Positions 28,485-41,085 of a stretch of DNA of 64,000 bases are shown piece after piece. How positions within the stretch are numbered: position 1 is the first letter of the stretch; each line of letters begins with the position of its first letter. Below the pieces are notes generated by a model. It searched no databases. It saw nothing but the letters and a program-made list of their open reading frames with translations, and had not been told where the DNA came from. The position numbers were made by a program, and so were the translations under genes. Source of the stretch: Kudoa neothunni (lineage: Eukaryota; Animalia; Cnidaria); contig OZ199838.1 of assembly GCA_964304625.1 (NCBI GenBank), positions 14,324,261 to 14,388,260 on the forward strand. The letters run 5' to 3'.

Positions 28485-28746
28485 CAGTGTCGTGTTCAGC
28501 CTTTTCTTATGCTCAACTCTTTAACATAACACAATAAATTGACCGCTATCTTGTATTTACAACTGTATAATTGTATGTAATATTAGTGGAAAAATGAAAA
28601 TCGTAACATACATTCAAAATTTAATGCAGCGAATGGATCCCTTGGATTTAATCTCAAATATATATTGTCAAATATTCATTACAACCAAGTTAGAAAAATA
28701 AAATTTAGATTCAAAAAAATTTAATACACATTGGACACAAAATTGT

Positions 28747-29250
28747 ATTTTTTTGTTTACAAGGGCAAACCTCTGGCCAACTTGTTAGGTTGTGCAATTC
28801 GGACTGGTTAGGCCTTTTGCATTTACGTTGTAGGCAATGCAGCGTCATATTAAAGGGACTTAAGTTAATGAGGTGATATGGGACTTTAAACCACTAAATA
28901 TTCTCGTTTCGGAGAAACCACCATCCCTACCCATACCATGAACTAACCCAGAGTTAGTTTGAGAAGTTCGGCTGAAGAATGCGGATATCAGATCTACGAA
29001 AACCCATTACCGGATTTTATTCCGTCCCTGTACTCCGACGTTTACGGACGCCCAAGATCTACCATTCCGCCAGGCTCTCCCCCAGCTGTAAACAAGACCG
29101 CGATAAATAATCGTAGACCCTTACAATCACTACAACCTTCCCATTCAATTTCGGATTAGGATTATATGAACGTCCCGAATAGGCCTCGAACACACAAACT
29201 CAAGGTACGCGAGCCACACCTAACACCACTATGCCCTATTGTCCAGGCCG
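28747..29250 (-). mobile_element. tRNA-derived SINE, variant head/body with the shared tail
   Basis: Tail GGGACTTTAAACCACTAAATATTCTCGT matches the 7553 copy. Poly(T) on the + strand, TSD AAAATTGT (28739-46, 29252-59), tRNA-like head with GTTCGAG. Confidence 0.75.
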
Positions 29251-29542
29251 TAAAATTGTGCTGATATTGCGGCGGTGATGTGCCTTGCGGCTCTTAAGTT
29301 TAATTACAAAGAATTACAAAGGCGAATTTTTTCACTGATTTTATTATTATGATTTTTAACATTATTTGAAAATTTGGAGTATACAAAACTATTTACAAAA
29401 TTTATTATTTTAGTAACTTAATAATTAATGGACATAATCCCTTGTGTGGATATAATCCTCCTTATATTCTTGGCTTTAGTTTGGTTCATATTTTGACGGA
29501 ACTAAAATAATATGGTTAAAATGTTGAACAATTTGCATTAAG

Positions 29543-29758
29543 ATGCTCTGCATTTCATCCAATAAAATTATTTTTGATATTAACGTTATGCATTTGATAC
29601 AATTTACACCTAATGCTTGCAGAAAATATGAAATTCTTATTCTCAATGACACAGAATTAATGGCAGGTAATCGCCAAGGAGAAATTTAGATAATCCATCA
29701 AAGTCATGGTTGCCAAACTCAAATTTTGGGATAAATAAAGCATTCTTTATTCGATCGA
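29543..29758 (+). pseudogene. Cys-rich secreted-protein-like module, copy A (interrupted by the foldback element)
   Basis: Homologous to 39968-40400 and to the reverse complement of 51355-51773. Confidence 0.5.
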
Positions 29759-29762
29759 TTAA

Positions 29763-32116
29763 CCCTTGAAGGACCGTGCTCAAAGAACTTACGCGTGTAA
29801 CTTCTGGGATACCTCAGGTACCACAGAAGTTTTCTATGATAGCGATTGTATTTTCTCTTAATTTTTTAAATTTACAAATAGTATATTTATGACCATTAAA
29901 AACAGTGTCCGAATAAACAAATTAATATGTGAATCAATAGGAAATTTCAAGAACATTTCAATAAGCGTTACCAATATAATCTCCTACAATCTATCTTATT
30001 GTTAAGTTATAAGATAGACACAAGTATTTCAAATTCTTTTCTTCATTTAGTTACTTTTGCGCCACATTATTAAATATTTAAGAATGAACCGAAATTGCAT
30101 AATTTAGTCCATTATGGTATAGGGTTTCCCAATCTAACTCGGCACTTGTGCAACCAACCGCGACACTTATGCGATCTAACTCGACACGTCACAATTTAAT
30201 CAAACACATTCTTTTAATAACACGCAAAAAAGTAGACATTAACATTCAAACCCATAATTACTATCATCACTGTTATTTATTCTAATATTACCTCTCTTCG
30301 AGAAGACTTTGTGATTTAGCCAAGCATTTTTCGATAGAACCCATCACAATGTGTATGTGTTATTACGTCAAAACATTCAGCAATAGCTAATTTCAGCTCC
30401 TTCTCGTCTTTACACTGCCTCCTTATTACTAAGTTTTTCCAGACAGAAAAGACGTTCTCAGTTCTCAATAGGGTTGAGTAAGGGTGAATACGGAAGCAGG
30501 TATTTTACGACTAAATTTCCACATCAATTATGTCCTGAAGTCGCCTGTAGTGACGGATTTTTGCGTTATCCATAATAAATATTGGATCAAGGATCCCATT
30601 ATTAAAACGGCTAGTTTTAAGCACCAGCAAACAAGCAAGTTTTAATGTCTTCACCGATTACAGCCATATCATGTATTTAATTATAGATTACGTGATTTTT
30701 ATTGACTGCGCCAACCGCAGAAATATTCCTACTTCCAGAGGTCGGTACAAAACAATAAGCTGCCTTGCCTCTCAATGAGAGTCCTCTCTTAGGTCGGGTA
30801 ACTACAGAAAATCCCTCGTCGTCCAAAAATATGAGACTTTTGCGCATTAATGTGATTTCTAGTTCCCGAAATATTTCCGCATATTGGAACCGCTTTTCTA
30901 TTGTTGTAGAATAATTCCTCCTTTCAGGAACCCTTTCAACAGACTTGAGAGTGTAATGGAATTCTCCGATTACTTTATCGACTGTACTGAATGATACGGT
31001 AACTCAAAATTCGTTCCGGAGCCTTCGTTTCAATTCTTTTAAAGAGATTAATGAATTTTCATCAATCCAGCTGATCATTTTTCTTTCTTATTAATCGAAA
31101 GAAGTGATCGTTTGTCTCCCCTCTGGGTTTTGGAGCAAGAGTGCCGTTGCTTCTAAACTTAGACAACATCGACCAAACCACGGATCTCGATAACCTCATT
31201 TCCGAAGCGATATAACTATCAGTTTTTCCATCCAAGAGAAAATTTCACATTTTCCCCCTTAAATCGGCAGAGATGATTTTTCTTTGTTTCCGTTTAGGTT
31301 GCGTATTTGATGTCCATCTAGCCGAATCAAATTGCTCTGAAACTATACTCTATGAGTCACTTGAAACTTCGCATATATTTAAATTCAATTAGAGTAACAA
31401 AAATTTGTCCAAATCAATGAGTAGCGTTAACCGAGAATGCGCGTTGAAACCTGTCTTGATTGCATGTGTCGCGTTTGGTTGCAAAAATGTTGAGTTAAAT
31501 CGTGAAACCCTATATCATAATGGACTAAATTATGCAATTTCGATTCATTTTTAAATATTTAGTTAGTGTGGCCCAAAAATAATTGAAAGAAGAAAAGAAT
31601 AAACTAATTTTGAGGAAATATAGCCTAATAAGAAAACTCCAAAAATATGCATTAATTAAAACTTGTTCCATAACATACATTATTATTCCGTTCAGTGAAT
31701 TAGATCAAATATAATCCACCAATCAACGAAGAGATTACCGAGATCAATCTTGTAAATAATTCACGGGATGCATTGCCGTTTGTGTTCTTATTTGCCAAAA
31801 GAATAACCTGGAAGCATTTATTTTATCTCCTAACAATTGAAAAGAATTTTAAATATGTGTGTCTATCTTATAACTTTGCAATAAGATATATTGTAGGAGA
31901 TTATATTGGTAACGCTTATTGAAATGTTCTTGAAATTTCCTATTGATTCAATTATTAATTTGATTATTCGGACACCGTTTTTAATGTTCATAAATATACC
32001 ATTTGTAAGTCTAAAAATTAAGAGAAAATACAATCGCCATCATAGAAAACTTCCGTGGTATCTGAGGTAACCCCATGGTTACACGCGTAAATTTTTTTAG
32101 CACGGTCCTTCGAGGG
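29763..32116. mobile_element. piggyBac-ended foldback element (arms ~350 bp outside the nested Tc1-like element)
   Basis: TTAA|CCCTTGAAGGACCGTGCT... and ...AGCACGGTCCTTCGAGGG. 29763-30119 is the reverse complement of 31513-31600 plus 31839-32116. Confidence 0.85.
30120..31512 (-). mobile_element. Tc1/IS630-like element with pseudogenised DDE transposase (~30330-31320, minus strand)
   Basis: TA-flanked ~55-bp TIRs TAGGGTTTC. Translation LIFLDDEGFS...SRNISAVGA...FIMDNAKI...YLLPYSPLLNPIEN (about DD34E), with stops and frameshifts. Confidence 0.9.
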
Positions 32117-32476
32117 TTGGCACTAACATTCTATTTTCTTGTCGCTTAGGAATGTTCTACATGTGTGTTTTGATATGTAGGCACTATGATTATTTATCTG
32201 TAACCTAAGCATAGTTTGACGAAAAAATTAAGGGGTAAATTTAATAAATATTCAAAATATGTTTCAGAATAGACACATCCTAAACTTTTTGCTTATGCGC
32301 GAATAACAATTACACAAAGTTTGTGGCTAATTAAACAAAATTTATACTGTGGAATTACCTAAAATTTTCCCAAATTAATATTTTTTTATTATTAGTTTTA
32401 TCAACAAAAATATGAGGCGTATTTATAACTCAAAATGACTTGGTATATGTAAAATTTTGAGTTCTTAGAGGGTTAA

Positions 32477-33284
32477 TGTTATCGCGAATATAATTTTTAG
32501 CAATACTAAAAGCTAACTGTTCTAAAAATTTGAATCAGGAGTAGGATGAATCTGAAAAAATATTCTTGTAAATGTGTTAATTAAGCTAATATCAATCATA
32601 TTATAGAAAACAGTTGTTGGTCATCGATTTGTGTATCTTTTGACACTTGTTGTAGATATAATCCTGCCAACTATGTCTACAACACCTTTGTATTGATCAT
32701 GTTGGAGTATAACTTCCGGTTTTCGCTATTTTAGGCTTTCCAGTCGACCATTTATCTCCATTATTATCAACATGACAGCTTTTAGCAATCTCGTTGTCAT
32801 AAAATTGGATTCAGATGTAAAATTAAATTATTGAACTTCGCCATAAATTTCACTAACCTCAGTATCATTATTTGACAATAAATCGTGGTCAAGATTCACC
32901 ATCGTTAAAAATATACCTCGCAGACGATTATCGGATAACATCGGCAATCAAACTTTTAGCTTTTCTCTGTGTTTATTTATCAAAATTACAATTTCAATTA
33001 AATAAATTGTTTAAAAATATTTAATATATAGTTTAGAAATGTATAAAATAACTTTTTTGAGAAAAATGACTGGAGTCATGTTGACCCCAAAAGAGGGGGA
33101 GTGTAAGTATTTTTTGTGTAAATCTTATTTATTTCCAAATAACATTCAGTACTATTAATTTAGGATAAGTAACAATTTTTAGGAAAATGACCAATGTTTT
33201 AAGTATAAATTTGACTCCTATGTTTGTTTAAAATACGACTGAATGTCGTCGGGGGTCATATTGACCCCAGAGACGCCCGGGAGG
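32477..33284 (-). mobile_element. deleted piggyBac remnant
   Basis: Terminus GGGGTCATATTGACCCC...CGGGAGG|TTAA. Minus-strand fragment TNR*PTTVFYNMIDISLIN resembles the piggyBac RRWP..FY motif. Confidence 0.75.
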
Positions 33285-35574
33285 TTAAAGATGCATCAAT
33301 ACACTCCTTGTGTGGGAAGTTTTGAAATATATGACTTGATTAGCATCCTTTGAAAGTTCTAGTAATGGTTTTGGATATACTAAAAAGTCTGTATTCGCTT
33401 CATTAATAGCTAATTGGTAGTGTATACTATTATAAATTAGATCAAAACTTTATAATACAAACACTCTGTAGATTTCATTGAAATCGACCGCTAATTTGAA
33501 CTTAAACGATTAGATTCAAGGCAGATGGTTTTGCTTTTATTTAATTATTTAAATTACTTATGTTGCCATTGACGCAATTTGCGGTTGTGTATGGGGAAGA
33601 GTGCACTAAACTTTATGCCGGTCAAAAGTATATTAATTCGAGCAATAAACATAATTTTCGTAAGTTTACTTCCACCTCTGTATCTTTCTCTATTTTTTCC
33701 ATCTTAACCAATGAAGCACAAACTATCTGAAACAGAGAAAAATAACGCCTTAGATAGAACTTTAAGGGATTTTAAATAACTCGGGAATGAAAAATAAATA
33801 TGATACCGTTCTCAAAGTATGCTGTGCTGGTTTGGGGTTACAAGATCCTTAATTGAACTCCGGGGTTGTTACACTCCGCCCAGAAATGATAATGATTTTA
33901 ATTATGATAATCACGATATTTTAAAAGCATGATGTTTTAAAATATTTTTACTTTAATCAACTTTTTCGGTTTAATTTGAAACATTAAAATATTTATTTGA
34001 ATGTTATTAAGAAACTTCTCAGTGTCGAATATTCTCAAGAAAGATGGAGCTGTTTGTATCAATACAATTAAAATTTTAAAATTTCGTTCATCCGTTAACT
34101 GAAAAAGCTGGGTATTCACATTAGCATAATATAGACGGTGATACCGTAAAGAGCTATAAATTAGATATAAACATGAAATAATATTTAGAACTTTTTTTGG
34201 ATTATTAAATTTCTGAACGATGCTTCTTAATTATTCTGTATGCCGAATACAGCAAAACGACAACGGTTCCAAGAGTAAGTAAAACGTATAAGGTAATCAG
34301 TCCATTTTTCTTAACACTTGGGTCCAATCTATTTTCGAAAATATCGATAGAACATTTTTTCGATGAAGTAACTGTATTCTAATATAACATTATTCAAAAC
34401 ATCATCGCAAGTGAATTACGTGCTCACAAGAAATAGCCAATAAAAGGTATGGGACGATAACATTAATCTTCATTTTTCCGTTTATCACACAATCAACCTA
34501 TTGACTTTTGTTAAGTACAATTTAATTAATATTTTTGACCTCTCTAAGTAACAAAGATTAAAATTCCAATTCAACTAGGGAATATTCTGAAAGATCTTAA
34601 ATATTATTAACGTAATATTTACCAGTAGATAAGAATGTGGTAATGGATTAGTAATTAATCATGATTCAATATTTAATACAATTATTACCTTTTCATTTAA
34701 TTTGTCTTTCCTTCATTCATAACATTATGTGCGGAGGCAGAAAAATAAAAAGTAATCATTTATTTTATTTATAATCCATAGGGCGAATTGTATTTTTTCG
34801 TCTAATCGGCATTATATATTCTTCCAATGCAACAATCCTTAGATTCGAAATAGAGCTCTAATATTTTTTACAATATTTCAACACCTATTTAATGGAACAA
34901 AATATTTGTTTCGAGTCAAATTTTTCAACTGTATAAGTGAGCTACACCTATTGTGAGCTAAGTCATTCACCTGCAATCCTTATGATGTAGTAAGAAAAGT
35001 TAACACATGAATTTAATGATAACTTAGGTAAAATTGTTTAATAATTAGGCTTTTAGACTAGAATACACAGAAGGAAGTACAAAATGAATTACACGGAAGC
35101 GAATACAAAATACTTTCTACTTTCTCACCGTCTCATTTTAACAAATAATTAATAAAATAATATATCTACATAGTCCTCCATCGAATACATTCAGCAACAT
35201 TCAGAAAAAATATAAATTTTTATAATAATACTTAACATCAAATAAATGATTTATGACCCTATAATTTAAAGTTTTAGTTTAGGATGCTACTTATTCACAC
35301 AGTTAAGGTTATTAAAGGGAGACCTTGCAATAATGTGTTAATTCGACAAAATGAATGGGTTTTAAACTGTGATATTCTGAAATAAAAAGTAATTAGTTTG
35401 TGCTTAAAAGCACAATAAATTATGTTTTTAGTACTTTAAAGGAAATACAATACGAAATGTTATAGGAAAATAACGACCTCGGATAACTATCCGTAATTTT
35501 TCTCTGTTATCTCTTCAAAATGCAAGTGTTGGGTTTATAAATTTAACTATTTGTTCTTAACGTAAATTCATTCG

Positions 35575-35735
35575 CTCAGTGTATTAGGCTTTTGAGTCCT
35601 GGCTGGTCACGGTATCCCTATTAACCTTTTAGGCATCACGCCGAGTAACAAGTATCCTCCCCTCTTGTCTCTCTGCGGTAATGTAGGAATTTAACCCATT
35701 AAATATTCTAGTCTAGATACCAGATTAAATCCTAC
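35575..35735 (-). mobile_element. degenerate SINE tail fragment
   Basis: GCGGTAATGTAGGAATTTAACCCATTAAATATTCT aligns to 7679-7714. Confidence 0.6.
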
Positions 35736-36242
35736 TTCCTGTCGTTATATTTGTTAGCGATTAAATTAATAACAGACAGACCTCCCTACGACGTATGTGT
35801 GAATTGTGCGTGCAATTTCAAACGAGTTATATCTGCTGTCGTTTACATAAATGTTGTAACAGCACTATGTTTATTTTATAGGATATTAACAAACGTAGAA
35901 TCCTATGATATATTCATGTAACAAATATAATATTTAAAAACTATTATATTTAATAAAATAAACAAAACAATTATGGTTTATTTTTCAATGGAAAAAAATG
36001 GAGGAACATGACTTATTAAATTTTGCCAAAATTTGATCCCCCTGAGATGTAACACCGATAGAATGATTTATAATAACCAACATCAGTTTAAACTCGATTT
36101 TTAAAATAAAACAAATGAGTCAAACTTTTAATGTAAAGATGTCTAAATAATCGTAATTAGTGCAATTAATTTTCAACGTAGATAAATCTTGTTAATTTTC
36201 TTTATTTATTCAAAATAAATTAGAAATCTGTGTCTACCATAT

Positions 36243-37276
36243 CAGGGATGGCCAGATTTACCTAGATCGGCAGCCAACTTTAAGGTTCCAAGAGTTTTCA
36301 AGGGACACAAGGCATTAAAGTCATTTATGTATCTCTTCCTTATATAAAACTTACATTTCAGGAAAATTTTTGGTGAATATTAAAATAAAATATTGTAGGA
36401 CTATAAACAAGGAGTTTTAAATTTTTATTTTATTCAGTTAATCACTGGAAAACTTACATATAACTTGTATAGGTACAGTTTATGATGGTATTTCCAGAAA
36501 AGTAAATTAGTAGTTAACAATCCAAAAAAATTTTCTCTATGAAAAGAGTCGCAAAAATAATAAAATATTTTTCACATTTAATCATGGATGGTAATCTGGC
36601 AAAAAATAAAATTAAATGTTTACGAATAAAATAATAACACAAGAATTTAATGCTTCCGGATTATTTTTTAGAAATTGTTCATAATTTTACAAGTTTTTTA
36701 TGGTTCCACATTATCAGTGAACCGACGGTAATTCGGTTCGTATGTTGTTAACACTGTACGCATTAGTTCCGTCATGCGTTTGTTTGTGAGGAAGACATCG
36801 GCGATGCTTCGATTTTACAAACTTCATCGTTGAATAAGTAGACTCACAACAATAGGTTATTCCAAAGATAGAAACAAATTTGAGACAAAACTCTATTCAT
36901 TTTGAATATTTAGTTTCTAGAATGTGTTTCCACAATTCGTTTGGTGAGTTGGAATTATGAATCACGTTTAAAGCTTGATTGAAGGTTTTATTCTTCCGGT
37001 ATCAATCATTTTGCTAATGGATAAACATTAGTTCTAAATATATTCCCTAATGAAACTAGTAATAATTCAGATTTGTGTAAAATATTAAAAATATGTGGTA
37101 GTTTTTGACTATGTTTTCTAATCAAAAATATTATCTAGTTTACGATTGAGGATTTTATTTCTTCACTCGATTAAACAGTTTAAACTTTTTACTTTTCCTA
37201 ATTAACATGCTGGTCGAATTAAAAAAAAATTTCATGAGCCACATGTGGCTCGCGAGCGATGGTTTGGCCACCCCTG
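36243..37276 (-). mobile_element. hAT (Charlie/SPIN-like) deletion derivative
   Basis: TIRs CAGGGATGGCCA / TGGCCACCCCTG. Minus-strand SIFGITYCCESTYSTMKFVKSKHR matches the hAT C-terminal dimerisation motif. Confidence 0.8.
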
Positions 37277-38555
37277 ATATATATAAAGCTTACGTGTTTA
37301 TGTGTGTGCCCCTAAATACACCTTTGCGAAAAAATGTTTTTCCTTATAGATAGATATTTATGTAACTTCTAATAGTTAAAGATAATTTAAAAATTCTTAT
37401 ATTTGTTATTACACTGACAGAAATTCATAAAACATATAGAAAATTGTGTTATTATCAGTTTTAGGTTGGTTAAGCGGATTATATGTTTCAATAATAGGAT
37501 TACTTTTTTTTCATGTCGACATTTATTTTTACCAAATCTCTGCAAGTTGTTTTAAACGTTTTTAGTGGTACAACCTTAAGTTATATATCCAAGATTTCAA
37601 GATACATCTTATATCGTTGTTCTATCTGTAAATTTAAAGTAGATGTGTCCATTTGGATTTGTGCTTAAATACACTCCTTAATTTCGGAACTTTTAATATA
37701 TTTGGCTTGATAAGTACACTTTGAATGTTCTATAGCTGGAATCTAATATATCAAAAATATGCAGATTTGCTAAATTAATGAAGAATTGGAAATGTATGTT
37801 GTAATCAGATGGATTCAATTCTTACATACTGAAACTAGGTCCCAAATTTCATTATAGCGGCCGTTAGACTTAATTTTAAGCGATAAGAGCTATTGTATAG
37901 ATTGAAATCTTACTTTATCTAATTATTTAAATATTTTTGTTTATATTAAGAGGCTAAGCAACAGTTTTGAGGAAAGAGTGTGTAAAAATGCGTCGGATAA
38001 AGATAATAATTTGAGCAATAAAAATTAGTTATCACAAGTTATTATTGATTTATTCGAGTTTTGCTATTTTTATTATGTCTCTAAAATAATCTCAATTTAT
38101 TACTGTGTCCATCACAGTCGTCAAAAGTATGATATATAAAAAAAGAAGTGTTTAATCTCTCCTCAAGACTAATCAAAAGAGTCTTATACTTCTTTATTTT
38201 TTTGCCTTATTGTTCTATGATGAAATTTTCTCAATCCCGTGCAAAGCTGGGAAGTTCGCGCTAGTATCGTATAAAGTGGTATTAATTTTACTTAAAACAA
38301 TAATTATCTTAAGTTATCTTCTAGCTACATAGTTTTGGCCATTTTATGATCTATACAAAATGATCTTAATTTTTATTTTTATTCCATATATCATAATGGT
38401 TAATAGCATAATACTTTAAAAATATTTTTGATTCGTCCTTTCTATGGGTTAACTGAGAGTATAAGTGTATTTTTTAAATGATTTGAAAATGATTCTTCAG
38501 CATAAAATATTTGTATAACCGGAAAACGGTTGGGTTTTGCGATATTATATACATA

Positions 38556-40564
38556 CAGTCGAACCTGAATATTGCGTAATTTTTTGGGAATGGGAAAAAA
38601 TTACGCAATACATGGTGTTAATGCAAGGGCATTATGTACAAAAAAATTTATTGGGGTTTAATATAATTGGTAGTTTCAATTTGTTTGCATCATTTTCGGA
38701 TTATTTCAGATATGAACTCCATAACTGCGTGGTTTGAGAATAATGCTGTTGAGTTTTCTGATTAAATTATTGATTGTTTGAGTTCCGCAGTCGACACAAG
38801 CGCTTCATCTTTTGCGAAAGTTGGAGCGAAATTTTTGCGGAATTTATCAGATGCATACGCTTCAGATAAAGCTATTGATTCCTCATGTATTTTCCCTCTT
38901 CTTCAATATTGTTGGTTTCGTCATATTTTTATCTGAAAATTAATGTTGATAAACAATTAAATAGTGCGTCGAAATTTTCAACATTATTTTCAGAAAAATA
39001 TTGACATAAATTTTCATTATCTATTAATTAATCTTTAATTTGGTATATTGTAGTATCAAAGTACAATGTTCAAAAAGTCTGGATATGCTAATTCAGTTTT
39101 GAATTTTAGTCGATGATACGTTTTCTTATGCATGATTTAAAGTTTTAATAAAAACAAAATAATATACTTAATTAAATTTGAATTATCTATATTTATTACG
39201 TTTCACTCTTCGTATCGTAGTGAAATTTGGGGGAATTTTACCAAAAAAGCCATCATGAGTTGATTATTCATACTGTTGGTTTCACCATGAATTTTTTTTA
39301 AATTAATTCCAAAGTTATTTTTAAATTCTACGAACCGACCGTTACTACCGGTAAATTTGTCAACACCTATGGATTTAACGATACTTTTTGTCTTTTCAAC
39401 AATTAAGTAATCAGGAACAACCTTTTTTCATTCCGAATTTTAGTTATTCATATATGGAATAAATTAAATAACTCCGTGTACTTGTCTTCTTTCATTCTTT
39501 TTTTTTGAAGCCGAAATAATAGAATTAATAATATCATTTTGAGGAGCTAAAATTCTATTAATAGTGGAATGCCTTGAAAATATATTATATTGAGATTAGA
39601 TAATTTTATATTATTAGATGGCTTGGGAAGTTTAAAAGTCATCCATTTTCTCCTTTGAGTGATTTAATTGAATTATAGTATTTGATTATTTCAATTTTTT
39701 CAGCCACTGTTCGCTGATTCCTTACCATTTTTGTTTCGCAGAATTAAAAAAGAAGATTAATTGAGGATTAACCTGAACAAAATGTTACGCAGTAGCGAGA
39801 TTCTAGTTTTAACACACCAACTTGAATTTATATCTCTTTAATAAAAACAGTTAAAATGTAGGATGGTGGTCATATTCGCTGAATAAAGATTATAATTAGT
39901 TCGGAGATTAATCACGAATTTTTTAAATCAAATTAGTGTGATATTGTTAGACCATTTAATGGTATTAATGTCTGAATTTCACTCAATAAATTATTGTTGA
40001 TGTTAACGTTATGCACTTGCTACAAATAGTTAGGTATCGCTTATATAAAATATGAAATTCTTATTCTTATAGAATCTTATAGAAACAGGATCGATATAAC
40101 AGACAATCGCTATGGTTATATTGTGATAATCCACCAAAATCAGAGTTTTCCGATTTCAGTTTTAGAATACATAAAGCATGCATTAATCGAACCGGCTTAA
40201 TTGGGGGTGCATCCTGTTGAAATAATCGCGAGGAGTCAGGTGTTCAACATTAATAGATTACACCAATTATTAGTGTGGTGACAAATAGCTGTTATCAAAG
40301 TTGCCATATTGGAGATGCGACATTGATAAATACTCAATAATAAAATATTCAACATGTTCGTTTTTGTCCGTTGTCGCTGATTTGGATTACGGCCACTATT
40401 CTGCAATTTAACTACAAAATCATTATACCTTAGCCTGCTCAGTTAACATTAATTTAAATAATATAAAAGCAAAGTTTGTGTAAAAAAATTTAAAATATCT
40501 TCTATATTTCAAAGAACTTGTGAAATTACACAAGATCCGGTTACGTAATATCCAGGTTCGACTG
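38556..40564 (-). mobile_element. pogo/Tigger-like element with degraded transposase
   Basis: TA|CAGTCGAACCTGAATATTGCGTAA ... TTACGTAATATCCAGGTTCGACTG|TA. Minus-strand RTVAEKIEIIK (HTH) and KFTGSNGRFVEFKNNFGINLKKIHGE (CENP-B HTH). Confidence 0.9.
39968..40400 (+). pseudogene. Cys-rich secreted-protein-like module, copy B, inside the pogo element
   Basis: ISLNKLLLMLTLCTC...KYEILIL...IKHALIEP...PVEIIA...KYSTCSFLSVVADLDYGHY, with stops and frameshifts. Confidence 0.55.
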
Positions 40565-41085
40565 TATAATTAAAGTAAAATATATTGATAATGTAGATAT
40601 TCATAGAAACAAACTTCCTGTTAACGATCCATCCGGTTGTTGGGATTACACGGATACTTGCCACTAAACAGCACCTTTTTAAATTAGGCAGAGGTTATTG
40701 GCGCTGTCAAATTTAATCGTAAACGGCCTGTACGTTTGCGCACTCGAAATTTTTAATCTCTACAACTCCTACATACAAGCATTTTCAGATTTAATTTTTT
40801 ATTATCTGTTATATTTAATTATGTATAGCCCATAGCTTGGCTTTCAGGGGCCTGGAATAATTAAATTTAGTCAAATCTAATGCCACCTGGATATTATTTA
40901 CCGTTCCACTAGCCGGTCCCTTTTTTTAATTATTGCTATGGTTTTATTAAATTTGTAAAGTTTTTCGGAAAATGATAAATCAAACACATTTTCTACAATT
41001 TTTGATGCTATATGTGTCTGAGGAATAAGAGTAATGTTTTTGTCTTTAAAAAGGGGACATATAGACTATAAAGAAGGATTAGCGA

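Noticed and set aside
33825-33885. Twister-ribozyme-like words (GGTTACAAG, ACACTCCGCC)
   Set aside because: The required AAGC pseudoknot and P1/P2 pairings could not be built. An Infernal search would be needed.
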